DNA of 50,245 nt from an uncultured Candidatus Saccharibacteria bacterium. Its GTDB lineage: Bacteria; Patescibacteriota; Minisyncoccia; Phycocordibacterales; DATDWN01. The stretch spans positions 68,910-119,154 of the forward strand of contig CAZTQY010000002.1 in the NCBI GenBank assembly GCA_964616425.1, written 5' to 3'. The translations under genes and the position numbers were made by a program. How positions within the stretch are numbered: the stretch's first letter is position 1; each line of letters starts with the position of its first letter. The notes under the pieces are model-generated. The model did no database searches and was not told the origin of the DNA. It saw nothing but the letters and a program-made list of their open reading frames with translations. Below, piece after piece: positions 27,121-37,030 of this stretch.

Positions 27121-28119
27121 TCATTTATTGAGATACAACTCTTTATTGCGCTTATGCTGTTCAAATGTAGTCGCGTAGTACATGTTGCCACTTTTACTAG
27201 ATAAGAAATATAGATATTTTGACTCAATTGGATTTATGGCTGAGCTTATAGCATCAAGTCCAGGGTTGCTTATCGGCCCAGCAGGCAAACCTTTAAACTT
27301 ATAGGTATTATATGGTGAGTTAATTTTAAGATCTTCTGCAGTCAATTCATAAGTAGTTTTTCCATTTATATACAGAAAAGTAGAATCAACTTGGAGTGGC
27401 ATACCCATTTCCAACCTCTTCCACAATATTCCAGCAACCATTCTTCTGCTTTCAGTTGTTCTAGCTTCTTCTTCCAATATTGATGCCATTATAATTATTT
27501 CATCAACAGTGTGCTCTGATTTCTCTAAATCTAAAACTTTTTTAATTTGATTTTTGAAATTGTTTGTCATTGTCTCAACAACAACCTCAGGTTTAACTGT
27601 TGGCGATAAAAAATATGTGTCTGGAAAAAGATATCCTTCCTTATCCTTTGCTAGTTCAATGAATTTTTGACTATCAAAGTTTTTTAAATTTCGTTTTAAA
27701 TACTCAGCTATCTGTAAAGAATTCCAACCTTCTGGAATAGTAGCTTTAAAGTTAAGCGTATGGAATTTACCTTGTGTTATTCTATAGGCCAAATCAAGCG
27801 GACCTTCTTTTTTATCTAACAAATAATCTCCTGCAATTAGTTTTTTTTCACCTCCCAAAAAACTGACAGCCAGACGAAACATGAACGGTGATCTTATTAC
27901 ATTTGATTCTTTCAGGTTCAATGCAACCCCTTGAAGCGTGTCTCCTGAGTATATAGTGACAATCTGACCTAATGGAAAATCATTAGATGGTAAATAAGCA
28001 AACAAACCTAATAAGCTAGCGGATAATGCAAAAACAACAATATATATTGTTAGTTTCAGTTTTGAAGATAAATCTATTATCCCTCGAAATAATTCTGAAA
28101 TTTTTTGAAAATAGTTCAT
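27121..28119 (-). CDS. mltG: Endolytic murein transglycosylase MltG (YceG family)
   Basis: N-terminal TM anchor, then EEEA...GILWKRL, NTYKFKGLPAGPISNPG and YLYFLS... Confidence 0.85.
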   Translation of the reverse strand: MNYFQKISELFRGIIDLSSKLKLTIYIVVFALSASLLGLFAYLPSNDFPLGQIVTIYSGDTLQGVALNLKESNVIRSPFMFRLAVSFLGGEKKLIAGDYLLDKKEGPLDLAYRITQGKFHTLNFKATIPEGWNSLQIAEYLKRNLKNFDSQKFIELAKDKEGYLFPDTYFLSPTVKPEVVVETMTNNFKNQIKKVLDLEKSEHTVDEIIIMASILEEEARTTESRRMVAGILWKRLEMGMPLQVDSTFLYINGKTTYELTAEDLKINSPYNTYKFKGLPAGPISNPGLDAISSAINPIESKYLYFLSSKSGNMYYATTFEQHKRNKELYLNK

Positions 28120-29441
28120 TATACTGGAAGATTGGTAGGGGCCTCAGATTTCTTTGATTCTACTCTTGCAAATGTAGGCGTAGACGAAACACTGCCAGGC
28201 ATATGAAATAGAGTTGCTAATTCCTCAGTATTTAATACAAAATTAATTACTCTTTTATAAGGTTTATAGAAATAAGCTCTTCGTTTATATGCATCAAGCA
28301 TTTCTTCTTTTTCTGCATTAATTTTCTTTTTACTTCTATCTTTCCACTGTAATAATAAATGTTTATATTTAGGCGAAAGTGTAGATCCTGAAGGCGCAAA
28401 ACCATTTAATCCTGAATCAGAATTAAAATGCATAATACCACCAACCAAACCTCCGATATTAGTCGGACTATAAATATCTTTTGGTGCGGTATATATCATA
28501 CGAATACCTGTATCAAAACCTTTTTTTGTAACACTTCTAGTTAGAGCATTTACGGTCTCTTTTTCTATTTCAGTTAATTGTCTTCCTGTACCTGGAATAA
28601 TTTTTCCCTCTTTATCCTTTTCTCCTTTAGCCTTGTTTATGATTTCATCAACAGCTTTTTTTGAAGCTTCTTTCCACCTAAAATCTTTTTTCTCCATAAA
28701 GTCCCATTTATCTGCAAGACTCCAAGTCTTCCAAATCTTCCAATTCGAAAAAGTTTTTTCTGGATCTTTTGACTCTGCCACATGTGCTCTAATTATAATC
28801 TGGAGCCAAGCATTACTACCTCTTGGTAATGAACCCATAAATTCAATAAGTGGAGTTAGTGGATCAATTTTAAATTCTTCTTTTGGATCTTTATCCATTC
28901 CGTAATCAATATAGGTTTTGATTGGGTATGCATCCTCTTTTGTTAATTTAAACTCCATAATAAACATATCTTGTTTAGTTGAGTCGTATCCCATAGGTAG
29001 TGTGTAATCTGGAACTTCATAAATTTCTATTCCAGGGTACTGTGAATATAAATTTGCTTCTATTTGATTTTTATTTCCTTTTCGTGTCCAGATAAAAAAA
29101 TGCACAGTACCGTCAATTGAAACAATTTCTAATGAATAAGACACTCTGACTTGCCCTTTCCAATATTTTTCATACCAATTTCCTTCACCCAAAGTACTGT
29201 GCATTCCTGCTATACAGAATTCCATAGCTTTAGGTGATTTATATACCTCCTTAGGTAATTTTATTTCTAGTAGAATGTGTTCGGTTTTAGCAAAAAATAT
29301 TGCTCTTACATAGACCACCCACACTTCCCAAGCAATTGAAACCAAAGCAGCTGGAACTAAAATATAGGCACTGTAGTATAGCCACTTAAATACTTGTAAT
29401 ATATTTGGATCTGTAAAAAACTTTATTAGAAATGAAAACAT
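28119..29441 (-). CDS. Membrane-anchored protein (hypothetical)
   Basis: 440 aa with two N-terminal TM helices. Its stop overlaps the mltG start by 1 nt. I recognised no family. Confidence 0.55.
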   Translation of the reverse strand: MFSFLIKFFTDPNILQVFKWLYYSAYILVPAALVSIAWEVWVVYVRAIFFAKTEHILLEIKLPKEVYKSPKAMEFCIAGMHSTLGEGNWYEKYWKGQVRVSYSLEIVSIDGTVHFFIWTRKGNKNQIEANLYSQYPGIEIYEVPDYTLPMGYDSTKQDMFIMEFKLTKEDAYPIKTYIDYGMDKDPKEEFKIDPLTPLIEFMGSLPRGSNAWLQIIIRAHVAESKDPEKTFSNWKIWKTWSLADKWDFMEKKDFRWKEASKKAVDEIINKAKGEKDKEGKIIPGTGRQLTEIEKETVNALTRSVTKKGFDTGIRMIYTAPKDIYSPTNIGGLVGGIMHFNSDSGLNGFAPSGSTLSPKYKHLLLQWKDRSKKKINAEKEEMLDAYKRRAYFYKPYKRVINFVLNTEELATLFHMPGSVSSTPTFARVESKKSEAPTNLPV

Positions 29442-29466
29442 GATTTAATTATATATTACGTATTAG

Positions 29467-29494
29467 AAAAAACCACCCTATATGGTGGTTTTTT
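29467..29494. terminator. Bidirectional rho-independent terminator
   Basis: AAAAAACCACC ctatat GGTGGTTTTTT. Confidence 0.75.
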
Positions 29495-29497
29495 CTT

Positions 29498-30535
29498 TTA
29501 TGCTATATCGTATTTTCCGTCTTTCCCTTTTGTAAAGAATTTTGGATTTTGCAGATTAACCATAATAGTGTTCTCTTTTACGTATCGTTCCTTAAGAACT
29601 TTCTTTACGATATCATCTTTTGTCATTGGGCCATTTTTAGCAATAACCCCTTTGATTACATCTTTAACAACACCACTCATGTAACCCCATTCAGATAGAG
29701 CGTATAGTCCTCGTCCAACTAGAACAAATCTTGGATCTTTTATAAGTTCATTGTGTGTAGTAGCTACATGAGCCTTTTTCTTAAATAGCTCAGTTATTAG
29801 TTTTGCAACTTCTCTAAAATGAATAGGAGATCCGTGTCGTCTAATAACCAAATATGCATAATCTCTCATTCCTTTTGCATTGATATTTGATGATTTAGTC
29901 TTTCCCCATTCACCTAGCGGGTTCTTGTCGATTAGTTTTGAAAGTTCTAACCATCTTTTTGCAATTTCCTCATTTCTATATTTATCAGAAACATCTTTAA
30001 GATTTTCAAGAAACTTTTCAATCATTTCTGACTCAAGCAAAATCTCGTCGTCTGATAGTGTTGAATAAAGTTGTCTAAGTGATGAGTGTATCTTTTTTGA
30101 TAAATCTTTATCAATTGACCATCTGTGTTTAAACTCTAAATCCTCTTTTTCTTTTGAGAACTCATCTCCAACTGTGAGTAGAAAATGTATCTGGTTTTGA
30201 GTAGCTTTGTCTTTAGATATGTGTTTCAAAAGACTATCCTCATGCACTGTAGATCCTAGTTCAAATACAACCTTCTTTAGTTCATCAAAAACAGCCTTCT
30301 CTTTTGCGTATTCTTTAGATTTTCTAATATTTATGATTGAATAGTTTTCAATCTGTCTAACTCTCTCCCTTGTAATTTTATACTTCTTTCCAATAGCCTC
30401 CAATGTCATTCTTTTTGTATCATTTCCGAGTCCAAATCTTGATGTAAGAACGTCTTGAGCTCTATCTCCTAATACTGAAAGTAGTCGTTTGACTACCTGC
30501 TTTGGTTTGAATGTAATTGGTGTTTTTTCACTCAT
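29498..30535 (-). CDS. Sigma-70 region-4-like HTH plus HARE-HTH-like domain protein (putative transcription factor)
   Basis: MTLEAIGKKYKITRERVRQIENYSI is a region-4 signature. The later segment, RRHGSPIHFREVAKLITE..., resembles the HARE-HTH / RNAP delta N-terminal domain. Confidence 0.55.
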   Translation of the reverse strand: MSEKTPITFKPKQVVKRLLSVLGDRAQDVLTSRFGLGNDTKRMTLEAIGKKYKITRERVRQIENYSIINIRKSKEYAKEKAVFDELKKVVFELGSTVHEDSLLKHISKDKATQNQIHFLLTVGDEFSKEKEDLEFKHRWSIDKDLSKKIHSSLRQLYSTLSDDEILLESEMIEKFLENLKDVSDKYRNEEIAKRWLELSKLIDKNPLGEWGKTKSSNINAKGMRDYAYLVIRRHGSPIHFREVAKLITELFKKKAHVATTHNELIKDPRFVLVGRGLYALSEWGYMSGVVKDVIKGVIAKNGPMTKDDIVKKVLKERYVKENTIMVNLQNPKFFTKGKDGKYDIA

Positions 30536-30637
30536 AATTTTAATAAAAGATGTATAAATTAGCTAAGGGTCTTCTGCTAATGTCAATTAGTTTTATCATT
30601 CTCTGCCATTAAAGTCAATAGCTTGACTAAAAGGGCC

Positions 30638-33214
30638 TTAAATAACGACAATATTTACCAAACGATCCTTTACGTAGATTATTTTTTGTACTGGTTTGTC
30701 CATGATCCATTTTTCAACGTCTGGCAAAAGTCTAACTTTGGCTACTGTTTCTGACTCAGTTAGACCTTTTGGTAGCATACATTCTGCTCGAACTTTACCA
30801 TTTATCTGAACCACTATCTTTACTGTAGATTCCAGCATCTTTTTCTTATCTACTTTAGGCCATGGCTCTAAAACTAGGAAACTTTTATGTCCTAATACAC
30901 CCCAGATCTCCTCTGTAATATGTGGAGCAAATGGGTTCAATATCTTCAAAAAAGACTCAAAATCTTTTTGATTTACATATTCTATTTTTTCCATCTCATT
31001 TAACAAAATCATCATTGAGGAAACTGCAGTGTTAAATGCGAAATTATTTATATCATCACCTACTTTCTGTATAGTTTTATTTAACAATACAGAAAACTCA
31101 GCACTTGATTTTGTTTTTTTATTCACTCTCTCTGTTAGTCTCCAAATTCTATCTAAAAATCTTCTCGAACCTATTATATTGTCTGTACTCCACGGTAATG
31201 ATGCATCAAAGGGGCCCATAAACATCTCATACAGTCGCAGAGTATCCGCTCCATAGTTTTTAACCACATCATCAGGATTTATAACATTCCCCCATCTTTT
31301 ACTCATTTTTCGATTATCTGGGCCTAAAATCATTCCTTGATTCATCAGTTTTTTAAATGGTTCATCGGATTCAACTAAACCATAATCCTTTAAAACTTTA
31401 TTCCAAAACCTTGAATACAATAAGTGTCCGGTTGCATGTTCAGCCCCTCCTACATATGTATCAACTTCCTTCCAGTACTTTATCGCTTTTTTATCTGCAA
31501 ATACCTTTTTGTTTTTTGGGTCCATATATCTTAGGAAATACCAAGAAGAACCTGCCCAGCCAGGCATTGTATTTGTTTCAAAACCCTTTTTTACCCATGA
31601 GGATACACCAGCAAGTGGAGACTCTCCTGTTCCAGTAGGCATATAGGATTTAACTTCTGGAAGTTTCAAAGGTAAGCTTTTTTCAGAAACAGGTTTTATA
31701 ATGCCATTTTTATCATAAACAAGAGGAATTGGTTCACCCCAATATCTTTGTCTAGCAAAAACAGCATCTCTCATTTTATATTTAGAAACAAATTTACCAC
31801 CAACTTCTTTTGTTATTTCTTTTTTGGAAATTTCAGAATCTAAACCATTGAACCTACCTGAGTTGATTAAGAATCCATCGCCAGTTATAGGTAGTTCCAA
31901 GTTACCTCTATCTTTTGGAATAATAACTTCTCGAATTGGCAATTTATACTTTTTTGCAAATTCATAATCCCTCTGATCAGATGCTGGCACGGCCATAATA
32001 GCTCCTGTTCCATAGTCAGCCAAAACATAGTCAGCTATCCAAACAGGAATTTCTTCATTGTTTGCAGGATTTATAGCTTTTATACCCTTTAATTCGACTC
32101 CAGTTTTATCTTTTCCTTCAAGCCTCTCATCCCTAGTCTTTTTTTTCAAACCTTCTATGTATTTTTTTACTTCTTCTCTATTATCTAAAACTCCAATATG
32201 ATCATCATCTACAGCAAGAGTTACCCAAAGATGTTCAGGAGAGAGAACCATATATGTTGCTCCAAACAAAGTATCTGGCCTGGTTGTAAAAACTGGGATA
32301 ATTCCAGGTTTACCTTCTTTAAAAACTATTTTAAAAGGAATCTCTGCGCCATCACTTTTACCTATCCAATTCCTTTGGATTTCCTTAATATGTGGAGACC
32401 AATCTAGACCATCTAGACCAGTCAAAAGTCTATCTGCATAAGCCGTTATCCTTAGAAACCATTGGCGCATCTTCTTTTTATCCACTGGAAAGCCTCCGCG
32501 TTCAGAAACTGGGCCGTTAGCTCCATCAACTATTTCATCATTTGCCAAAACTGTACCAAGTTTTGGACACCAATTAACATCGCTGTACCCTTCATAAGCT
32601 AAACGATATTTCATAAGCATGTCCTGCTTATCTTTATCATCCATTTGGCCCCATTCAGCAGAAGAAAACATAGTTCTGTTATCTGTTGCTGCATTTATAC
32701 TCTTGTTACCATCTTTTTCAAATTTTTTAATCAATTCATCTATAGGCTCTGCTTTATTTGTGCTTTTGTTGTACCAAGAATTATAAATTTTTAGAAAAAT
32801 CCATTGAGTCCAATGATAAAAACCAGGATCAGTTGTATTAACTTTCCTATCCCAATCAAAAGACAAGCCAATATTAGACAATTGCTTCTCAAAAGTTTTA
32901 ATGTTTATTTCTACTGCTTTTTTAGGATTTATATTGTGTTCAAGCGCGTATTGTTCTGCAGGCAAACCAAATGCGTCATAACCCATAGGATGTAGGACGT
33001 TCATACCCTGCATTCTTTTGAATCTAGCAAAAACATCAGACCCAATATAACCCTTTGGGTGACCTACATGGAGCCCTGCACCAGACGGGTAAGGGAACAT
33101 ATCAAGCACATAGTACTTTTTTTTCTTTGAATTATTCTGAGTTTTGTAAACCTTTTTACTACTCCATTTTTTCTGCCACTTTTTCTCTATATCTAGATGG
33201 TTATATTCTTTCAT
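30638..33214 (-). CDS. leuS: Leucyl-tRNA synthetase
   Basis: PYPSGAGLHVGHPKGY (HIGH) and KMSKRWGN (KMSKS); 858 aa. Confidence 0.95.
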   Translation of the reverse strand: MKEYNHLDIEKKWQKKWSSKKVYKTQNNSKKKKYYVLDMFPYPSGAGLHVGHPKGYIGSDVFARFKRMQGMNVLHPMGYDAFGLPAEQYALEHNINPKKAVEINIKTFEKQLSNIGLSFDWDRKVNTTDPGFYHWTQWIFLKIYNSWYNKSTNKAEPIDELIKKFEKDGNKSINAATDNRTMFSSAEWGQMDDKDKQDMLMKYRLAYEGYSDVNWCPKLGTVLANDEIVDGANGPVSERGGFPVDKKKMRQWFLRITAYADRLLTGLDGLDWSPHIKEIQRNWIGKSDGAEIPFKIVFKEGKPGIIPVFTTRPDTLFGATYMVLSPEHLWVTLAVDDDHIGVLDNREEVKKYIEGLKKKTRDERLEGKDKTGVELKGIKAINPANNEEIPVWIADYVLADYGTGAIMAVPASDQRDYEFAKKYKLPIREVIIPKDRGNLELPITGDGFLINSGRFNGLDSEISKKEITKEVGGKFVSKYKMRDAVFARQRYWGEPIPLVYDKNGIIKPVSEKSLPLKLPEVKSYMPTGTGESPLAGVSSWVKKGFETNTMPGWAGSSWYFLRYMDPKNKKVFADKKAIKYWKEVDTYVGGAEHATGHLLYSRFWNKVLKDYGLVESDEPFKKLMNQGMILGPDNRKMSKRWGNVINPDDVVKNYGADTLRLYEMFMGPFDASLPWSTDNIIGSRRFLDRIWRLTERVNKKTKSSAEFSVLLNKTIQKVGDDINNFAFNTAVSSMMILLNEMEKIEYVNQKDFESFLKILNPFAPHITEEIWGVLGHKSFLVLEPWPKVDKKKMLESTVKIVVQINGKVRAECMLPKGLTESETVAKVRLLPDVEKWIMDKPVQKIIYVKDRLVNIVVI

Positions 33215-33249
33215 GTATTCATATCCTACCTAAAATTTAATGCTTATGC

Positions 33250-33282
33250 AAAAAGACTCCGGGTTATCCCCGGAGTCTTTTT
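33250..33282. terminator. Bidirectional rho-independent terminator
   Basis: AAAAAGACTCCGGG ttatc CCCGGAGTCTTTTT. Confidence 0.8.
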
Positions 33283-33292
33283 GAACAATAAA

Positions 33293-34213
33293 TTACATTG
33301 GCAACTTTACGTATTGATTTGCAGGAATAGCTAACTTAAAACAATAATGACCCATAGGATGTGACCAAGATATATCTGCGTACATATATGGCACTCTAGA
33401 TTTGGTTTCGTTTGTATCTGTGTCAAATTCTGCACACAACTCGTATGCTTTTGCACTTTGACCTATCAGGTTGTATTGATAAGGAATTCCAGTTTCTGGG
33501 TCTAATGGAATATTTGAGTACTGAAGAGAAGTTAGATCAGACATTTTATCAGGAATACTCTGATTCAACTGATAGTAATTTTGAACTAATGAGTTAATTG
33601 TTTGTAAATCATTAATTCTTTGTTCATCATATTTCACAAGTCTTTGTGTTCTAGGAGAACCTAAAACAGAAAATCCCCAAACTATTGATGCAATTATGAC
33701 TAAGGCAGAAACTACTCGCCATGTCATTCTTGATTTTGAAGTTAATTTGTTCATTAAATCAGAAATGTAATAACCAAATATTCCACCAACTACGACAAGA
33801 AGCACGAGAACTTTCAGTAGAAAGCCAGTTGTAAGTTCTTGACCATCAATAAAGTAATACAAAACTGTTATCAAATCACCTGCAATAGCTAAACCAGAGA
33901 TAAATAGAGTTATATATGTCAGCCATTTATGAATTCCTTTATTTTGCAAATCAGGCTCAATTTTATACTCTTTTTCTAGCGTCCACATAAGTAGTATAAG
34001 TATTGGGAAAAATATTATTAAAGTAGATACTGGCCATGCGATAGATGAACTACTATAGTATGTATATCCGTTAACTATTTGAGGATACGCAGAATTAATT
34101 GCGGTAAATAAAAGATTTATCAAACTTATTACAACTGTATAAAGCGATATAATTGCACCCAAATTCAGAAAGAAATCTTTTACATTTACTTTTGATTTTT
34201 GTGTTGGTTCCAT
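33293..34213 (-). CDS. Polytopic membrane protein with a C-terminal soluble domain (hypothetical)
   Basis: 306 aa with about 6 TM segments followed by a roughly 120-aa extracytoplasmic tail. Confidence 0.55.
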   Translation of the reverse strand: MEPTQKSKVNVKDFFLNLGAIISLYTVVISLINLLFTAINSAYPQIVNGYTYYSSSSIAWPVSTLIIFFPILILLMWTLEKEYKIEPDLQNKGIHKWLTYITLFISGLAIAGDLITVLYYFIDGQELTTGFLLKVLVLLVVVGGIFGYYISDLMNKLTSKSRMTWRVVSALVIIASIVWGFSVLGSPRTQRLVKYDEQRINDLQTINSLVQNYYQLNQSIPDKMSDLTSLQYSNIPLDPETGIPYQYNLIGQSAKAYELCAEFDTDTNETKSRVPYMYADISWSHPMGHYCFKLAIPANQYVKLPM

Positions 34214-34245
34214 AAATTTTTTAATAACTGATAATTTACTTGTTC

Positions 34246-34644
34246 TTATTCTGTTGTTTTACCATCAAACTCTGGACTATCTGCTTCTGCTTCAGCCTTT
34301 GTGGCTCTCAACACACCATCCAGATGGTGAGCTGGACTGTATATTGTATATAGTTTCAGACGGTCCACCCCTGTATTTATTACATTATGCTTTGCACCTC
34401 GAGGCACTACAACAGCATCACCATCTGATACTTCGTACTCTGTACCATCAATTACCACCTTACCTGTTCCAGATTCAAATCTAAAAAACTGGTCGTTGTC
34501 CTCGTGAATTTCTTCACCAATATCCTCTCCAGGAAGAAGAGACATGAGCACAAGCTGAGTTTTATCACCCGTATAGAGAACTTTTCTAAAGTTTTCGTTT
34601 TCTTGTGTGAGATTCTCTATATTGTCTTTATATCCTTTTTTCAT
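34246..34644 (-). CDS. Cupin-domain protein
   Basis: GEDIGEEIHEDNDQFF...GDAVVVPRGAKHNVIN fits the two-motif cupin pattern. Confidence 0.7.
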   Translation of the reverse strand: MKKGYKDNIENLTQENENFRKVLYTGDKTQLVLMSLLPGEDIGEEIHEDNDQFFRFESGTGKVVIDGTEYEVSDGDAVVVPRGAKHNVINTGVDRLKLYTIYSPAHHLDGVLRATKAEAEADSPEFDGKTTE

Positions 34645-34705
34645 TGTTATAAGTTAGATTTATAATATGCGTATTATATCAAATAATTTAGTATTTATAC
34701 AAAAA

Positions 34706-34735
34706 TTGAGGTGGCTAAACTTTCAGCCACCTCAA
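34706..34735 (-). terminator. Rho-independent terminator of the XRE gene
   Basis: An 11-bp stem, TTGAGGTGGCT / AGCCACCTCAA, followed by UUUUU on the minus strand. Confidence 0.75.
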
Positions 34736-34749
34736 CACCTTAGACGGTC

Positions 34750-35139
34750 TCAACTCCGCCCAAACCGGCTCCCGAAAACTGAACCGTTAGTTTGTCGGAG
34801 GATAGATGCCCGACAAATTCCACCAGATAAACCCGAAAGATCATTGGATCTTCTGGTTTGCTTGTGACTCCGCGCCCTGCGCAGGCTGAGATGTGCTTCG
34901 ATCGAGATCTTGTAGGCCGCCTCCAGTTCATCGAAAGGAACTTCGTAGGCCACAGCTACTGAAGCCAGCCTTTCCTGCTTTGGAAAAGTCAGTCGTGAAG
35001 ATCCCCTCCCTTCCCAAGCACTAACAGCTGACAAGCTAACTCCAAGACGTTGTGACATCTCTGACTGAGAGATGCCCACAAGAGCTCGACGTTGTTGTAG
35101 TAGATTGGAGAGAGTTTCGAGATTGTCCAGGTATACCAC
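34750..35139 (-). CDS. XRE-family helix-turn-helix transcriptional regulator (G+C-rich cassette gene)
   Basis: LLQQRRALVGISQSEMSQRLGVSLSAVSAWEGR is a typical HTH_3 motif. GTG start preceded by GAGGAGG. The C-terminal half is basic and of low complexity. Confidence 0.7.
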   Translation of the reverse strand: MVYLDNLETLSNLLQQRRALVGISQSEMSQRLGVSLSAVSAWEGRGSSRLTFPKQERLASVAVAYEVPFDELEAAYKISIEAHLSLRRARSHKQTRRSNDLSGLSGGICRASILRQTNGSVFGSRFGRS

Positions 35140-35153
35140 AAATACCTCCTCAT

Positions 35154-35181
35154 ATTAAGTTATCACAAGTGATAACTTAAT
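35154..35181. promoter_or_regulatory. Perfect 13-bp inverted repeat (candidate operator) just upstream of the XRE gene
   Basis: ATTAAGTTATCAC aa GTGATAACTTAAT. It lies 15-42 nt upstream of the XRE start codon and immediately after the ychF stop. Confidence 0.5.
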
Positions 35182-35182
35182 T

Positions 35183-36280
35183 CTATATCTTGAACTCTAT
35201 TACGTCGCCGTCTTTGACGATATATTCTTTACCTTCAGTTCTTACTTTACCTTTTTCACGTGCAGGTCCATAACCACCTGAACTAAGCAAATCATCACAG
35301 TGAACCACCTCAGCTCTAATAAATTTATCTTTAAAATCTGTATGTATTGCCTGGCCAGCCACAGGTGCAGTCGAGTCACGTAGAATAGTCCAAGCACGCG
35401 TTTCCTGTTCTCCTGTAGTAAAATATGTAATCAAATTTAGAAGCTTGTATCCAGCTTTAATAAGGCTGTCTATGCCATCATCTTTTCCACCCAACTCAGT
35501 TCGGAACACTTCCTTTTCTTCTCCTTCTAAATCCTTTAGCTCGTTTTCGATATTTGCATCTATGATAATATACTGGGCATTATTATCTTTGAAAAACTGT
35601 AAAAGTTTTGTAAATCTTTCGTCATTCATTTCATCTAAATTCTTTCCACCAGCTTTTTTATTGAGCCCGTACATTATTGGCTTGGCTGTCAAAAGGTTAA
35701 GTTGTTTAACAACTGGAGTTTCCTTTTCATCAAATGACAAAGTATTGACTAACTTACCTTGTTTCAAGACTGCATCTACTTTATTCAACACATCGTTTTC
35801 AAACACAGCTTCTTTACGGTTAGCTTTTACATCCTTTTGTAATGTTCCTAGACGTTTTGTAACTGTTTCAGTGTCCGCAAGTATTAGTTCAAAATTTATT
35901 ACTTCAATATCTGAAACAGGGTTGATGCCTCCATGAACATGAATAACCTTATCATCTTCAAATATTCTAACGATCTCCAAAATAGCATCAGTCTCTCTGA
36001 TGTTTGAGAGAAATTTATTTCCTAGACCCTCACCTTCACTTGCTCCTTTTACAAGACCAGCAATATCTACAAATTCAACTACTGCAGGAATAGTTTTTTT
36101 AGTATTTGATAGTTTAGAAAGCTTCCAGAGTCTATCATCTGGAACTGGAACAATTCCAACAGACGGATCTATAGTACAAAAAGGATAGTTCTCTGCAGGA
36201 ACAGCTTTCTTTGTTAAAGCATTAAAAAGTGTGGACTTTCCCACATTTGGTAGACCGACGATTCCGATTGATAGTGACAT
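35183..36280 (-). CDS. ychF: Ribosome-binding ATPase YchF
   Basis: GIVGLPNVGKSTLFNALT P-loop, a TGS-like C-terminus, 365 aa. Confidence 0.95.
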   Translation of the reverse strand: MSLSIGIVGLPNVGKSTLFNALTKKAVPAENYPFCTIDPSVGIVPVPDDRLWKLSKLSNTKKTIPAVVEFVDIAGLVKGASEGEGLGNKFLSNIRETDAILEIVRIFEDDKVIHVHGGINPVSDIEVINFELILADTETVTKRLGTLQKDVKANRKEAVFENDVLNKVDAVLKQGKLVNTLSFDEKETPVVKQLNLLTAKPIMYGLNKKAGGKNLDEMNDERFTKLLQFFKDNNAQYIIIDANIENELKDLEGEEKEVFRTELGGKDDGIDSLIKAGYKLLNLITYFTTGEQETRAWTILRDSTAPVAGQAIHTDFKDKFIRAEVVHCDDLLSSGGYGPAREKGKVRTEGKEYIVKDGDVIEFKI

Positions 36281-36372
36281 AATAGTTTACTATACAGCAA
36301 AACACAGTTTTTTTGAAATTTCTCTTACAAGACCAGAAGTCAGTGATAAAATATAAACAGAAGGAGGAAGAA

Positions 36373-37005
36373 ATGAGATTCAGACGTCTTGTCGTTTTTA
36401 CAACCTTCCTCCTAACTGCACAAGTTGTAGAAGGAGGTCCGCCGAGTCTCGTTGGAAGTCACGAGTCTCAATACAAACAGAATGACCGAGCTGAAGAATA
36501 CGGTCTGCCTGTAATCAAGGATGATGCTGAGCTCAGAGCCCTGAAATCATCTGGCACTCTGGTCCCCATACCTAGTATGGTGAAGATCGACCAAAGACTA
36601 TCCAATGAATGGCGTTGGTGTCTTGTTGAATCAACGTACTTTATTGGAGATATTGGGCTTGAATTCCAAGAAATTTTTGGACGCAAGTTTCAAGTCAATT
36701 CAGCTGTTAGAACGGTCCCTAGGCAACTAGAGATTACCTATGGGGACAAGAAATTCCCACCAAATGGTAACGCTGCACCAGTGAGTGGTAGACGCAAATC
36801 ATCCCACTTAACTGGAGCAACAATCGACATTGCCAAGATAGGCCTCACCAAGGACGAACTGAACTGGCTTCGCGAGAAACTCCTCCTGCTCGAGGCTCTA
36901 GGAAAAATCGAGGCAACGGAGGAACAACAGCAAGCTGTGTTCCATGTAATGGTCTTCAGGAACTACTCTGAACCACTTTCAGTACAAGAACTGCAGGCGC
37001 AATAG
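36373..37005 (+). CDS. Secreted LAS/M15-like zinc peptidase (VanY / D,D-carboxypeptidase-like fold), tentative
   Basis: AAGGAGG lies 5 nt before the ATG at 36373. It has a signal-like N-terminus (MRFRRLVVFTTFLLTAQVV), SSHLTGATIDI (the SxHxxGxAxD motif) and a distal FHV. The gene is richer in G+C than its neighbours. Confidence 0.55.
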   Translation: MRFRRLVVFTTFLLTAQVVEGGPPSLVGSHESQYKQNDRAEEYGLPVIKDDAELRALKSSGTLVPIPSMVKIDQRLSNEWRWCLVESTYFIGDIGLEFQEIFGRKFQVNSAVRTVPRQLEITYGDKKFPPNGNAAPVSGRRKSSHLTGATIDIAKIGLTKDELNWLREKLLLLEALGKIEATEEQQQAVFHVMVFRNYSEPLSVQELQAQ

Positions 37006-37026
37006 TACGGCGCGCCTGCAGTTTTT
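36991..37026 (+). terminator. Rho-independent terminator
   Basis: CTGCAGGCGC (36991-37000) pairs with GCGCCTGCAG (37012-37021), followed by TTTTT. The stop codon lies in the loop. Confidence 0.8.
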
Positions 37027-37030
37027 ACAA

